Shown: positions 1 through 9,079 of the stretch, piece by piece
Numbering within the stretch: the first letter of the stretch is position 1
How the letters are laid out: each line of letters begins with the position of its first letter
Source of the DNA: a virus
Lineage: Duplodnaviria; Caudoviricetes
Virus record (IMG/VR): IMGVR_UViG_3300006851_000005
Coordinates: 1 to 35,346 of that record
Reading direction: 5' to 3' (one strand)
DNA: 35,346 bases
The notes under the pieces: generated by a model
Seen by the model: the letters and a program-made list of their open reading frames with translations, nothing else
Database searches by the model: none
Told to the model about the DNA's origin: nothing
Translations under genes and position numbers: made by a program

Positions 1-123
1 ATTCAAGTCCAGGCGCTGAACGCCACCACAGACAAGCGGGCTGCAGCCACCCCCGCTGCTATCGCCTGGAATCAGAACCGGATCCTGCTGCCCACCGAAT
101 TCGCGGATGAATGGGCCTACATC
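1..123. repeat. Terminal direct repeat (assembly overlap), copy 1; genome is circular or circularly permuted, unit length 35223 bp
   Basis: Bases 1-123 are identical to 35224-35346 and lie in frame inside the terminase gene. Confidence 0.95.
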
Positions 124-264
124 GTCGAGGGCGAAGCAGAAAGTTTCACCGGCCAGGGGGACGCACAGGACGATATTGTGGACGCCCTCGGCGCACTACA
201 TCACGCGCTCATGGGCGGCGGCGGGGTGACAGACGCCGACACAGCGCGTAACATCTACAGGTAG
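1..264 (+). CDS. terL: Terminase large subunit, C-terminal part (continues from 34123 across the junction)
   Basis: Frame 1 reads IQVQALNATTDKRAAATPAAIAWNQNRILLP...GDAQDDIVDALGALHHAL...NIYR, stop TAG 262-264. DDxVDAL is the typical C-terminal nuclease motif. Not in the ORF track. Confidence 0.9.
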   Translation: MQVQALNATTDKRAAATPAAIAWNQNRILLPTEFADEWAYIVEGEAESFTGQGDAQDDIVDALGALHHALMGGGGVTDADTARNIYR

Positions 265-278
265 AGCGAGGAGGCCCC

Positions 279-1634
279 ATGATCGACGCGGCCAGACTGA
301 AACGGCAACTCAGCAGCCTACCCACACGCGCAGCAGAAAGCGGTGACGCGGAAGCATGGGGCAAGAACGAACTACCAGAACTGCCGACCGAACTGCTACC
401 CGATATCAGCGAACAGGTGCGCGCGGACGTGGAGCGCGTCGCGCGGAACTGCAGCAGCGCCGGCCCGCAGATCGTGGAAACAATCAAGTACGGCACAATC
501 GGAAGCGTGAATTGGGGCGGGGACAGTGACGGCGCGGACGCCCTGCTGGACCAGACCGACCTCGAGGGCCTCGCAGAGGAAATACTCGAGAGCGCCCTGT
601 ACCGTGGCGTTATGGACGGCATCGTACGCCGGGGCCTGGACGGCGTGGTGCGCATCGAACCGCTGATCGGGCACACCGAGCCCATATACGCCCCGGACAG
701 CCCCGTGGAGGTGGTCGGGTACGTTCACGCCTGGACAGTCGAAAACGGGCAGGGTGCCGCCAAGTGGACCGTGCGCGTCTGGGATTTCACAGAGAACCGC
801 ATGCTTGAGCAGCAGGGTCTGAGCGACCCGAGCCGGTTCGACCTGGACGCCGCAGCAGACACAGCCGTAACAGCCACCCCGGAGTACCCGGACGGGCCGC
901 CCGTCCCCGCTTTCGTGCTGACTGACCTCGCGCGTAACCGGCTGCCCCGGGGATTCTTCGTCAAGCTGCTGCCACTGATCAAGGGCGATTGGGTCAGCCA
1001 GGTGCGGGGGGACCGCACAGAGGAAGCCACCGCGTTCCCGCAGCTGCTGATCAAGGGCCTCGTGGAAAGCGGCACGAGTGAGCGCAGCCCGACGCACATC
1101 ATCCGCGTGGACGGTGAGCACGGCGGCGCTGAATTCATGATGCCCGGCGACCTATCTCAGATGCACAATCACCATGACCGCAAGCAGGAACGCCTGCGCG
1201 CGGACGCCATGATGCCCGGCGGGTTCATGGGCGGCCGGCAAGCCCCGAGCGGGGAGGCCCTGCGGGAAATGAACGCGAAATTTATCAACATGTGCAAGCG
1301 GTACGCCAACCGCCTATCCCGGGTGCTGACCATGCTCACTGAGCAGTACGCAGCTGCGCACGGCGTGCAACCGCCCGGACCTGTCATAGTCACCATCAAC
1401 CGGGAATTCGAGCGGGAAGCCGAAGCGCAGCGCATCGTCACCCTGTGGCGGGAGGGCCTGATCGAGTTCGGCGCCGCCGTTCGCGCAGCCAGCGTGCTCG
1501 TCCCCACATGGGAAAGCAAGGCCGTAGAGGACTGGATCAGGTCTGAGGCCGCGCGGTACGAGGCGCCGACCCTGGAGCCCGGCGCGCTGGATCCCGCAGA
1601 CGACCAGCCCGCCCCCGCCCCGGCCGGCGGGTAA
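279..1634 (+). CDS. Portal protein
   Basis: 451 aa with GGAGG RBS, between terL and the MuF gene. Call is from size and synteny. Confidence 0.75.
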   Translation: MIDAARLKRQLSSLPTRAAESGDAEAWGKNELPELPTELLPDISEQVRADVERVARNCSSAGPQIVETIKYGTIGSVNWGGDSDGADALLDQTDLEGLAEEILESALYRGVMDGIVRRGLDGVVRIEPLIGHTEPIYAPDSPVEVVGYVHAWTVENGQGAAKWTVRVWDFTENRMLEQQGLSDPSRFDLDAAADTAVTATPEYPDGPPVPAFVLTDLARNRLPRGFFVKLLPLIKGDWVSQVRGDRTEEATAFPQLLIKGLVESGTSERSPTHIIRVDGEHGGAEFMMPGDLSQMHNHHDRKQERLRADAMMPGGFMGGRQAPSGEALREMNAKFINMCKRYANRLSRVLTMLTEQYAAAHGVQPPGPVIVTINREFEREAEAQRIVTLWREGLIEFGAAVRAASVLVPTWESKAVEDWIRSEAARYEAPTLEPGALDPADDQPAPAPAGG

Positions 1635-1637
1635 GCC

Positions 1638-3386
1638 GTGACCGGCGCTGAGGCAGAACGGCTCGTCCGGCAGTCTGACCGGCACCTGCGCACCCTGGAA
1701 AACAGGGCTATAGCAGACCTGCGCCGCACCCTGGATCAGAGCATCAACACCATGCGGCATGAGCTGCGCGTCCTGTACGGCCGCATTCAGGAGCAGACCG
1801 CCAGCCTCGGCGCGCCCATACGTGAGGCCGTGATCCGGCAGCAGCTCGAGGAACTGCAGGTAATCAGGCGATCCCTGGACCTGCCCGCCGGCAGTGTAGA
1901 CGCGATCCTGCGGGAACTGAACGAAGGCGCATTCAACGAGGGCGCAGACAGCGCCCTGCGCGCCCTGAGCATCTGGGATCGGGAAGTCACCGGCCTGCGG
2001 GGCACCACCCGGCTCGGCGTCATGGCGCAAGGTACGAACATCACCACCCGCCTGACTGAGATAGGGAACGCCCGCGTACTGAACGGCCGCGCCCGCCTCC
2101 TGCAGCACACCGCCACCGCTGCGCAGCGCATCCAGGACCACGTGATCGACGGCATAACCCGGGGGGTAGGCTGGGGCCGCACCGCTCGCGCCGTACAGGG
2201 GGACGTTAACCTGCTGTACTACGAGGCAGAGCGCCTGGTGCGCACAGAGTCTGTGGAGGCCAGCGACACGGCCCGGCAGGCGCAGTACGCAGAGGCTGGC
2301 GTGGAATACGTGCAGATCATGGCGACGGCTGATGACCGCGTGTGCGGGTATTGCGCTGCCAGCAGCGGGCAGGTGTACCCCCTGGGGGAAATACAACTGC
2401 CTCGCCACCCGAACTGCCGGTGTTACGCCGCGCCGTACCGCGCTGAATGGGCAGCCCTCGGCCTGGACGATCACGAATGGGCAGAGGACCACCATGCCGC
2501 AACTGTTGCCCGTGCGCAGGAACGCGGCGAGCCGATCCGCACCGGGCCCGCACCATCTGACAGGTGGCGGGGCCTGACCAGTGCACCGCAGGCCGTGTCA
2601 CGCGCTGAGCTGCTGAGGCGTGCTGCTGCAGGCCCGGCGATAGGCGCGGCTGTGGCCGGGTCCCCGCCCGTACCGCCCCCGGCTGTTGCGGCTGAGGCGC
2701 CCGCACCGCCTGCCCCGCCGCCCCTGCCGACAGTGCAGGACGCCCTCGAGCTGGAATTACGCACCCGCACCCGGGCGCAGCGCGCCCGCCGGGCTGACCT
2801 GACCGGCGGCCTCGAGGCAATCGGCCGCGTGCACCGCACGGGCGCGCTGCCCCGCATTCCCCTGCAGGACAAGGGCCTCCGTGGCGGCACCCTCGGGCGG
2901 TACAACTACAGCGCAGCGGGCCCCGTCCGCATCATCGTCAGCCCGAAGTCCCCCCACCCCCGCCTGACGCTGGCGCATGAGGTCGGGCATTACCTCGATA
3001 ACACGGCCCTGAACACGAGCGGCAGCCGCCTGGCGTTCGGCAGCGTCCGAAACCCGGACATGAAGCCGCTCATGACTGCAATCAAGGAAAGCAAGCACTA
3101 CAAGACCCTGGCCGCCGTGCGCGTCAACAAGGGCGCATACATTGCACCGGACGGGCGCGTACTGAGGTACGAAAGCAGCAGCATCCGCTACCTGATGAGT
3201 GACGAGGAACTATTCGCTCGAGCATATTCGCAGTTCATAGCAGAGGAAAGCGGCGATCAGGGCCTCATGGATGAGCTGAACGCCGTGATAGGCACCCCGT
3301 TCATCCCGACGCAATGGAATCGTGAGGACTTCGCGCCCATACGCGCGGCCTTCCGGGCACTATTCAAGAAAGCAGGCTGGATGTAA
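1638..3386 (+). CDS. MuF / SPP1 gp7-like minor head protein with C-terminal zincin-like (HExxH) metallopeptidase extension
   Basis: MuF motifs AERLVRTES, DDRVCGYC and PRHPNCRC; Pro/Ala linker; then LAHEVGHYLD (2976-2990) and EELFARAYSQF. Confidence 0.85.
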   Translation: MTGAEAERLVRQSDRHLRTLENRAIADLRRTLDQSINTMRHELRVLYGRIQEQTASLGAPIREAVIRQQLEELQVIRRSLDLPAGSVDAILRELNEGAFNEGADSALRALSIWDREVTGLRGTTRLGVMAQGTNITTRLTEIGNARVLNGRARLLQHTATAAQRIQDHVIDGITRGVGWGRTARAVQGDVNLLYYEAERLVRTESVEASDTARQAQYAEAGVEYVQIMATADDRVCGYCAASSGQVYPLGEIQLPRHPNCRCYAAPYRAEWAALGLDDHEWAEDHHAATVARAQERGEPIRTGPAPSDRWRGLTSAPQAVSRAELLRRAAAGPAIGAAVAGSPPVPPPAVAAEAPAPPAPPPLPTVQDALELELRTRTRAQRARRADLTGGLEAIGRVHRTGALPRIPLQDKGLRGGTLGRYNYSAAGPVRIIVSPKSPHPRLTLAHEVGHYLDNTALNTSGSRLAFGSVRNPDMKPLMTAIKESKHYKTLAAVRVNKGAYIAPDGRVLRYESSSIRYLMSDEELFARAYSQFIAEESGDQGLMDELNAVIGTPFIPTQWNREDFAPIRAAFRALFKKAGWM

Positions 3387-3547
3387 TGAGTGACCAGAAC
3401 GAACTGCCGCCCCTGACGGCAGATAGCACTGTTGCGGATATCATGCGCGCGTACCCCGGCATATCCCGCGTGGAGGCTGAGGCGCAGCTCGAGCTGCTGC
3501 GCGGCACTTTCGAGGATGATAAGCAGCTGGTAGACGATGACGAATGA
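3386..3547 (+). CDS. Small acidic 53-aa protein coupled to MuF (candidate immunity/inhibitor)
   Basis: TAATG overlap with the MuF stop; reads MSDQNELPPLTADSTVADIMRAYPGISRVEAEAQLELLRGTFEDDKQLVDDDE. Below the ORF-track cut-off. Confidence 0.65.
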   Translation: MSDQNELPPLTADSTVADIMRAYPGISRVEAEAQLELLRGTFEDDKQLVDDDE

Positions 3548-3743
3548 CCCGCCCGGGCGGCTGCAGGTCCGCACGAAACTGCAGGCCACCCCCTGCCTGT
3601 ACTGGCCGCCCGGCCCTGTGAATGAGTTGCGGCGCGGCGTGCTGATCACCCTGAACGAAAGCAGCCTCATGGTCATAGACGCCATTACGCGCCAGCGTAT
3701 TCCCGGCGGGCACATAGACGCCCTGCCTGTGATTCTGGACTGA
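3537..3743 (+). CDS. Hypothetical protein (68 aa)
   Basis: Overlaps the preceding small ORF and fills the gap before the scaffold promoter. Confidence 0.55.
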   Translation: MTNDPPGRLQVRTKLQATPCLYWPPGPVNELRRGVLITLNESSLMVIDAITRQRIPGGHIDALPVILD

Positions 3744-3769
3744 TAGCCCTATACACCACCTGCCACCCG

Positions 3770-3837
3770 TTGCATACTGAACAGTGACGCCAGGCCCGCC
3801 AGGCGCGCGGCGCGTCATTCAGCCCGGGAGGTTGAGA
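3770..3837 (+). promoter_or_regulatory. Putative promoter (-10 CATACT) and structured 5' leader of the scaffold/capsid genes
   Basis: CATACT 3773-3778; stem TGACGC...GCGTCA encloses two GCCAGGC units; GGGAGG RBS before GTG 3838. Confidence 0.45.
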
Positions 3838-4425
3838 GTGAACGAGCAGGAACAGGAACACGGCACCGGCGGTACGCCCCTGGAGGGGTCAGGCACCCCC
3901 CCAACAGGCGCAGGCGCAGGCGATTCGGCTGGCACGCCCCCGGAGGGCACGCCCGGCACGACTGAGCAGCAGCTGAGTCATGAGGACGCCCTGAAGGCGC
4001 TCGCTGAGGTCCGCAAGGAAGCCGCAGCATCCCGCGTCAAGCTGAAAGAGCTGCAGGACGCGCAAGCAGCTGAGGCTGAGAAGAAACGGCAGGCTGAGCT
4101 GACAGCCGAACAGCGCGCAGCAGAAGCGGTGAAAGCCGCCGAGGCGAAAGCCGCTGAGGCAGAAGCCCGCGCCGTAGCAGCAGAACGCCGCGCGCAGCTC
4201 ACCGGCAAGGTAGCCGACGCTGACGCAGCCCTGAAGCTGCTGGATCCAGAGAAGCACGTCAAGGATGACAATGTGGACCTGGACGCGCTGCTGGCAGACT
4301 TCCCGTTCCTGAAAGCCACGCCGGACGCTAAGCCCGGCCCCGCGCCGGTCCCCGGCGGTGGCGCGCCCAACAGTGGCGCAAGCAGCATGAACGCCCTGAT
4401 CCGGCAGAAAGCCGGCAGAGGCTAA
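3838..4425 (+). CDS. Capsid scaffolding protein
   Basis: Acidic G/T/P-rich N-terminus, VRKEAAASRVKLKEL coiled coil, C-terminal SSMNALIRQKAGRG; directly before the capsid gene. GTG 3838 has the RBS. Confidence 0.8.
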   Translation: MNEQEQEHGTGGTPLEGSGTPPTGAGAGDSAGTPPEGTPGTTEQQLSHEDALKALAEVRKEAAASRVKLKELQDAQAAEAEKKRQAELTAEQRAAEAVKAAEAKAAEAEARAVAAERRAQLTGKVADADAALKLLDPEKHVKDDNVDLDALLADFPFLKATPDAKPGPAPVPGGGAPNSGASSMNALIRQKAGRG

Positions 4426-4437
4426 GGAGGCCCTGGC

Positions 4438-5418
4438 ATGATTACCAGAACGAATGCCGCTGCGCTCATGCGCGAAGATGTGGCGAATGAAATTCTACAG
4501 GGGGTAGTGCAGCAGTCTGCAGTAATGCAGCTCGCCCGCCGCCTGCCGAACATGAGCACGAAACAGCGCCGCCTGCCGGTGCTGAGCGCGCTCCCTACCG
4601 CCGGGTTCATTGACGGCGACACTGGCCGTAAGCCCCTGACCACGATGGAATGGGACAACAAGATGCTCGAGGCTGAGGAGCTGGCAGTAATTGTTCCGAT
4701 CCCCGAGGCCGTCCTGGATGATGCGTCTTATGACGTGTGGGGCGAAGTGCGCCCGCGCATCGAGGAGGCTATGGGCGTCGCGTTCGACGCTGCCGTGCTG
4801 TTCGGCACCGGCGCGCCCTCCAGCTGGCCTGACGACATTCTGACGGCCGCTGCAGCCGCAGGCAACACCGTGGCAGCCGGCACCGGCAGCGACATTTACG
4901 ACGATATCCTCGGTGAGGGCGGCGTAATCAGCCTGGTGGAGGAAGATGGGTATTTCGTGACCGGGCATGTGGCAGCCCGTGTCATGCGCGCCCGTCTGCG
5001 CGGCCTGCGGGACACGACCGGTCAGCCGATTTTCATGCGCAGCCTGGACGGCGGGCAGAACGTGCAGGCCAGCACGCGGTATGAGCTGGACGGCAGCCCG
5101 ATCTATTTCCCCGGCAATAACGCCGTGGATCCGACTGAGGCGCTGATGATCAGCGGTGACTGGACGCAGGCTGTGTACGCGCTGCGGCAGGATATCACCT
5201 ACAAGATTCTGGACCAGGCGGTACTGCAGGACGCCAGCGGGGATATTGTTTACAACCTCGCGCAGCAGGACATGGTGGCTTTGAGGGCTGTCATGCGGAT
5301 TGCGTGGCAGGTTGCCAACCCGATCACGGTCGGCAACAGCGGTAACGCTACGCGGTTCCCGTTCGCAGTCCTCACCCCTGCGGCTGCAGGCGGCGGTGGT
5401 GACGGTGGTGGCGGTTAA
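4438..5418 (+). CDS. Major capsid protein (HK97 fold)
   Basis: 326 aa; EELAVIVPIPEAVLDDA, FDAAVLFGTG, GDWTQAVY, NLAQQDMVALRAVMRIAW are typical of this family; AAGGAGG RBS. Confidence 0.93.
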   Translation: MITRTNAAALMREDVANEILQGVVQQSAVMQLARRLPNMSTKQRRLPVLSALPTAGFIDGDTGRKPLTTMEWDNKMLEAEELAVIVPIPEAVLDDASYDVWGEVRPRIEEAMGVAFDAAVLFGTGAPSSWPDDILTAAAAAGNTVAAGTGSDIYDDILGEGGVISLVEEDGYFVTGHVAARVMRARLRGLRDTTGQPIFMRSLDGGQNVQASTRYELDGSPIYFPGNNAVDPTEALMISGDWTQAVYALRQDITYKILDQAVLQDASGDIVYNLAQQDMVALRAVMRIAWQVANPITVGNSGNATRFPFAVLTPAAAGGGGDGGGG

Positions 5419-5420
5419 CC

Positions 5421-5720
5421 GTGGCTGACGTGAAGGTGCGGCTACTGCGCAATAAGCGGTGGCCGCACCCGAACGGGCAGAGGCGCCCCGCTGGCACTGT
5501 GCTGAGCATCCCCGCTGACCTGGCGGGCAGATGGGAACGCAGCGGCCTGGTAGCCCGCGTGAGCGGTAAGCCTGCCCCTGAGCCTGAACAGACCACCGCG
5601 CCTGAGCAGACGCCAGAGGTTGCGGACGTACGCGGAACTGACGCGCCTGCACCAGAGGCAGAGGACACGACGCCACCCGTCCGGCAGCGGCCGAGCGGCA
5701 GTCGGAAACGCAAGAAGTAA
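5421..5720 (+). CDS. Small post-capsid hypothetical protein (99 aa)
   Basis: Short folded N-terminus, PE/T-rich linker, basic C-terminus; usual position after the capsid gene. Confidence 0.65.
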   Translation: MADVKVRLLRNKRWPHPNGQRRPAGTVLSIPADLAGRWERSGLVARVSGKPAPEPEQTTAPEQTPEVADVRGTDAPAPEAEDTTPPVRQRPSGSRKRKK

Positions 5721-5732
5721 GGGAGGACCCCG

Positions 5733-6068
5733 GTGGACTTTCATAACCTGCAGGACGCGCTGGACGTTATCGAGGAACGCTACGGCAGCCTGCCAGCTGA
5801 CGCGCAGATGCTCCTCGAGGCCAGCGCCGCTGTGGACTGCGTTACCGGGGATCCCGTTTACCGCCCGTATTACGTGCTCGCGGGCCTCATGAACACCCGC
5901 TATCACGAATACAAGCGCGTCAGGTCTGCGTCGGGGTCCGAGGTGGAATACGCCAGCCCCGGCATAGCCCGCCGCGCACTACTGGACCAGCAGGCCCTGC
6001 TGGACGCCCACCTGTGCGACGTGCCGCCCGGCGTGGACATGGGGGACCGGTTCAAGCCGGTTATGTGA
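5733..6068 (+). CDS. Putative head-tail adaptor
   Basis: 111 aa, GGGAGG RBS, synteny. Confidence 0.55.
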   Translation: MDFHNLQDALDVIEERYGSLPADAQMLLEASAAVDCVTGDPVYRPYYVLAGLMNTRYHEYKRVRSASGSEVEYASPGIARRALLDQQALLDAHLCDVPPGVDMGDRFKPVM

Positions 6069-6071
6069 CCT

Positions 6072-6470
6072 GTGGATAGCCCCCTGATCAACGCGCCCTT
6101 CAAGCAGTACACCTTCACGTTCCAGCGTGCAGGCGGGGGGTACGTCATTGATGAGGACGGCAACCGCCGGCCCGCGCCCGGGGAAACAGTGGACTTCATC
6201 GGTCTACTGAAACCCGCCAGCGGCCGGGAACACCTGCTGCAAGAGGCAGGCAGCGGCGGTAGCGACACCCTGCGCCTCGTCGCGGACGTAGAGCTGCTGA
6301 GGCCCCGCCCTGCGGGCCTGGTAGCCGGGACGATGGTCACGCTGCCGGATTACGCCGGCGTGCGCTACCAGGGCACAGTCAAGCGGGTGCAGGAAAACGA
6401 TCTGCCGATGGTCCCCTTCGGGGATGTGCTGCGGATTGACTTCCTGCCCGCACCCGGGGGTGCGCCGTGA
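6072..6470 (+). CDS. Putative head closure/stopper protein
   Basis: 132 aa, beta-rich, GGYVIDEDG N-terminal motif, synteny. Confidence 0.55.
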   Translation: MDSPLINAPFKQYTFTFQRAGGGYVIDEDGNRRPAPGETVDFIGLLKPASGREHLLQEAGSGGSDTLRLVADVELLRPRPAGLVAGTMVTLPDYAGVRYQGTVKRVQENDLPMVPFGDVLRIDFLPAPGGAP

Positions 6471-6916
6471 GGTTCACTGTCGGGGACGTGGGCACGGTCC
6501 ACCTGAACGATGAGGAAATACTCGGCGCGATGGTGGAGCCGTTCATGCAGGCCAATGAGATATTGGGCCGGGCCTTTCAGGCGCGGTTCGACATGTGGAT
6601 CTGGACGTGGCCCGGGATGACGCAACGCCGCGCCGGCGCGCCCGTAGGGTCCCCGCGTAACATTGTGGACCTCGGGCACCTGCGCGACAGTTACGAATTC
6701 GCCCGCATCCCCCACGCGCCCGGCGGGCCAGAGTACGAGCACGGGTGGGCAGCTGAGTACGCTATGGCCGTGCATGAGGGCGCACGCAAGCGGAACGGGC
6801 AGACAATGCCCGGCCGCCCGTGGACACTGGACCCGCTGGAAAACGGTGTGCTGGAAAACGCCTTCATCAAGTTGGCTATGGCCGCGCTCGAGCGCATCAG
6901 GGAGCCCCGACTGTGA
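6467..6916 (+). CDS. HK97 gp10-like neck/tail-completion protein
   Basis: NIVDLGHLRDS, YAMAVHEG and MPGRPW motifs. Confidence 0.7.
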   Translation: MRFTVGDVGTVHLNDEEILGAMVEPFMQANEILGRAFQARFDMWIWTWPGMTQRRAGAPVGSPRNIVDLGHLRDSYEFARIPHAPGGPEYEHGWAAEYAMAVHEGARKRNGQTMPGRPWTLDPLENGVLENAFIKLAMAALERIREPRL

Positions 6917-7287
6917 CCGTGGCTGAACTGACCGCGCGCATACAGGCGGTGCTGGGCTGGCGGCTCGGCCGCTACCATGACCGCGTGACCGGGGCTGATG
7001 AGGGCCCCGCCGTGTACGCCGGGAACGTGCCCCCTGAGTGGGAAGCCACGGGCCTCGAGGTCACTGTGGAGGCCCCCGCGCCTGATAATCGCCCTGTGCA
7101 TGCTGGCGTGGTCCTGCCAGTGGCGTATCATGTGCGCGTAATCGCGCATGACGGGGTGAGCCTGACAGCAGTACAGACCGCCCTGCGGCGGCTGTCGCAA
7201 GCATTCGAGACTACGACCCCCGCGTTCATTCCTGGTAATGACGATCTGGGGATTCTGCAGCAGTACACGCTGCAGGTGAGGAGCTGA
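6913..7287 (+). CDS. Putative tail terminator protein
   Basis: GTGA overlap at 6913; 124 aa directly before the tail tube gene. Confidence 0.55.
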   Translation: MTVAELTARIQAVLGWRLGRYHDRVTGADEGPAVYAGNVPPEWEATGLEVTVEAPAPDNRPVHAGVVLPVAYHVRVIAHDGVSLTAVQTALRRLSQAFETTTPAFIPGNDDLGILQQYTLQVRS

Positions 7288-7291
7288 AACA

Positions 7292-8014
7292 ATGGCACCG
7301 CTGAAACGTGAAGATGTAAGGGGCAGACCCACTCTGCTGTACCTGCTGCACCTCGGGCAGCTGGTGGATCCCCCGACCCCTGAGACCATCGAGGTGGACG
7401 CCGCAGGCGCGCCCGCAGGTGCGAACAGCATCCCTGTGGTAGCGACGGGCAGCGCGATCCCCCGGAACACCATCCTGACCTTCGCCACGGCAACGGACGA
7501 TGTGCAGGTGGTAGTCACTGAGGACGCCGCCAGCGGCGCTACCGCCCTGAGCGTGGAATCCTTCCACGGTGCGGACGGCGACGGCATCAGCGAGGCGCTG
7601 ACCGGCGGGGACACGGCCGTATGGGACGGCCTGCTGACTGACGTGGCCTCGCAGAACCTGGACTTCCAGAAGGGCGCCACCCGGCAGGATTTCAACAGCG
7701 TGACGCACGGCAGCGGTACTGGCGTGACCATCGCGCAGTCCGAAGTCAGCGCGATTGCGCCGAACATCCCGCGCACCGGCCTGTTCCTGCCCCGGTCCCC
7801 GCTGCTGGAGGACATTATTCAGTATGGGGACACTAACGCGAACTGGTGGGCGCGTGGCGTGTGGCCTGACGAGCGGGGCCGCCCGTACATCGTGCATGAG
7901 GGCCTCGCCCGCGTCACTGACGTAGGCACGCCGTCCCCGGCTGACAACCTGATCCAGCTGAACTACACCGTGCGGTTCAGCAGCCTGCGCACGCAGTTTG
8001 TGCCCGTCCCCTGA
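7292..8014 (+). CDS. Major tail (tube) protein
   Basis: 240 aa, T/G/D/V-rich and beta-rich, upstream of the chaperone and tape-measure genes. No sheath gene is present. Confidence 0.65.
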   Translation: MAPLKREDVRGRPTLLYLLHLGQLVDPPTPETIEVDAAGAPAGANSIPVVATGSAIPRNTILTFATATDDVQVVVTEDAASGATALSVESFHGADGDGISEALTGGDTAVWDGLLTDVASQNLDFQKGATRQDFNSVTHGSGTGVTIAQSEVSAIAPNIPRTGLFLPRSPLLEDIIQYGDTNANWWARGVWPDERGRPYIVHEGLARVTDVGTPSPADNLIQLNYTVRFSSLRTQFVPVP

Positions 8015-8017
8015 CCT

Positions 8018-8287
8018 GTGCTGATTGAAAGCACCGAGAGAACGAACGCCCGGCAGGTGATCACGCCCGCCGGGCGCGTTCGCTCCGTCAGTGACGCTGT
8101 GATCTGCGCACCTGGGGCATCCTGGCGGGGCGCGGGCCTGCACTGCCCGGTCCTGCTGCTGCACGCTGGCCTGCTGCCGGGTGATTACCCGCTGACGGAC
8201 GGCGGGCAGGTTACTATCACGGAGGAAATGGTCGGGGACACGCCCCGGGTTATTCAAGGCATCACGCTGAAAGGAACTGCACCATGA
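8018..8287 (+). CDS. Hypothetical protein (89 aa)
   Basis: Tightly packed between the tail tube and chaperone genes. Confidence 0.55.
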   Translation: MLIESTERTNARQVITPAGRVRSVSDAVICAPGASWRGAGLHCPVLLLHAGLLPGDYPLTDGGQVTITEEMVGDTPRVIQGITLKGTAP

Positions 8288-8676
8288 CTGCACAGAAAGA
8301 GAAAGCTACGAAAACCACCCGGCAGAAGGCCGCGAAAGCAGCCGAGGCCACCCCGCCCGCACGCACCGGCAGGGGTACGGTGAAATTCGGGGATCTGGAA
8401 TTCCGGCTCGATAAGAACATCAACATGCGCCTGCTGCTGGCCCTCGAGGGCAACGCCACGCAGGAAGTGGGGCTCCGTGAGGTCCTGACGCTGTTTGTTG
8501 ACTTCATCAATCAGCACGGCCTGCTGGTGAGCCCGAAACCCCGGCAGCTCACTGTCGAGGAGCTGGCTGAACAGGGCGACGACGTAGAGCTGGGTCAGCT
8601 GATCTTCGAATGGCGGGAGCGGACCCGCCCAAACCTGTACGGCGGGACAGTACCCGCCGGCGAATCGCAGAACTAA
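8284..8676 (+). CDS. Tail assembly chaperone (lambda gpG analogue)
   Basis: GAAAGG RBS; slippery site near the 3' end; upstream of the tape measure gene. Confidence 0.75.
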   Translation: MTAQKEKATKTTRQKAAKAAEATPPARTGRGTVKFGDLEFRLDKNINMRLLLALEGNATQEVGLREVLTLFVDFINQHGLLVSPKPRQLTVEELAEQGDDVELGQLIFEWRERTRPNLYGGTVPAGESQN

Positions 8677-9053
8677 GCTACGCAACCGGCAGGCGCCCGG
8701 CTGAACTGCTGGACCTGGACGATTGGGAAATAGAACTGCTGTACGAACACCTGCCAGAGCACTACGGGCGGGAACACTACGGCATGGCGCAGATCCTCAC
8801 TGACCTGCGGGAATTCATGAGCCCCCGATACACAGAGCCGGACCCGGACGCGGACCAGAGCAAGCCAGAGCGGCCGCCGCGCGCGCGGAACTGGTGGCGT
8901 GTGGAGGAAAACCTGCCGCCGTTCGCTGTCAACCCCGTGCCCCGGCCAGAACTGTCCGACCCGGCGCGGGATGCGCTGGCACGGCACTGGCAGGACCTGC
9001 CCGAATGGGCAACTGCAGCGGTGCGCGACAGGTTCGGGTGGCAGCCGAACTAA
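8284..9053 (+). CDS. Frameshifted tail chaperone (gpGT analogue)
   Basis: The -1 frame ORF 8610-9053 overlaps the end of the chaperone and continues as KPVRRDSTRRRIAELSYATG... up to the tape measure gene. Confidence 0.8.
8615..8659 (+). promoter_or_regulatory. Programmed -1 ribosomal frameshift signal
   Basis: C CCA AAC heptamer at 8628-8634 in the correct frame; SD-like GGGAG at 8615-8619; hairpin CGGCGGG-ACAGTA-CCCGCCG at 8640-8659. Confidence 0.85.
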
Positions 9054-9079
9054 GATAGACCGCATGAGGGGGCGCGCAC

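Noticed and set aside
5385-5720. Frameshift or readthrough extension of the capsid protein through its Gly-rich tail into the next ORF
   Set aside because: No slippery heptamer in 5403-5418, the -1 frame has a stop at 5400-5402, and readthrough meets TGA after three codons.
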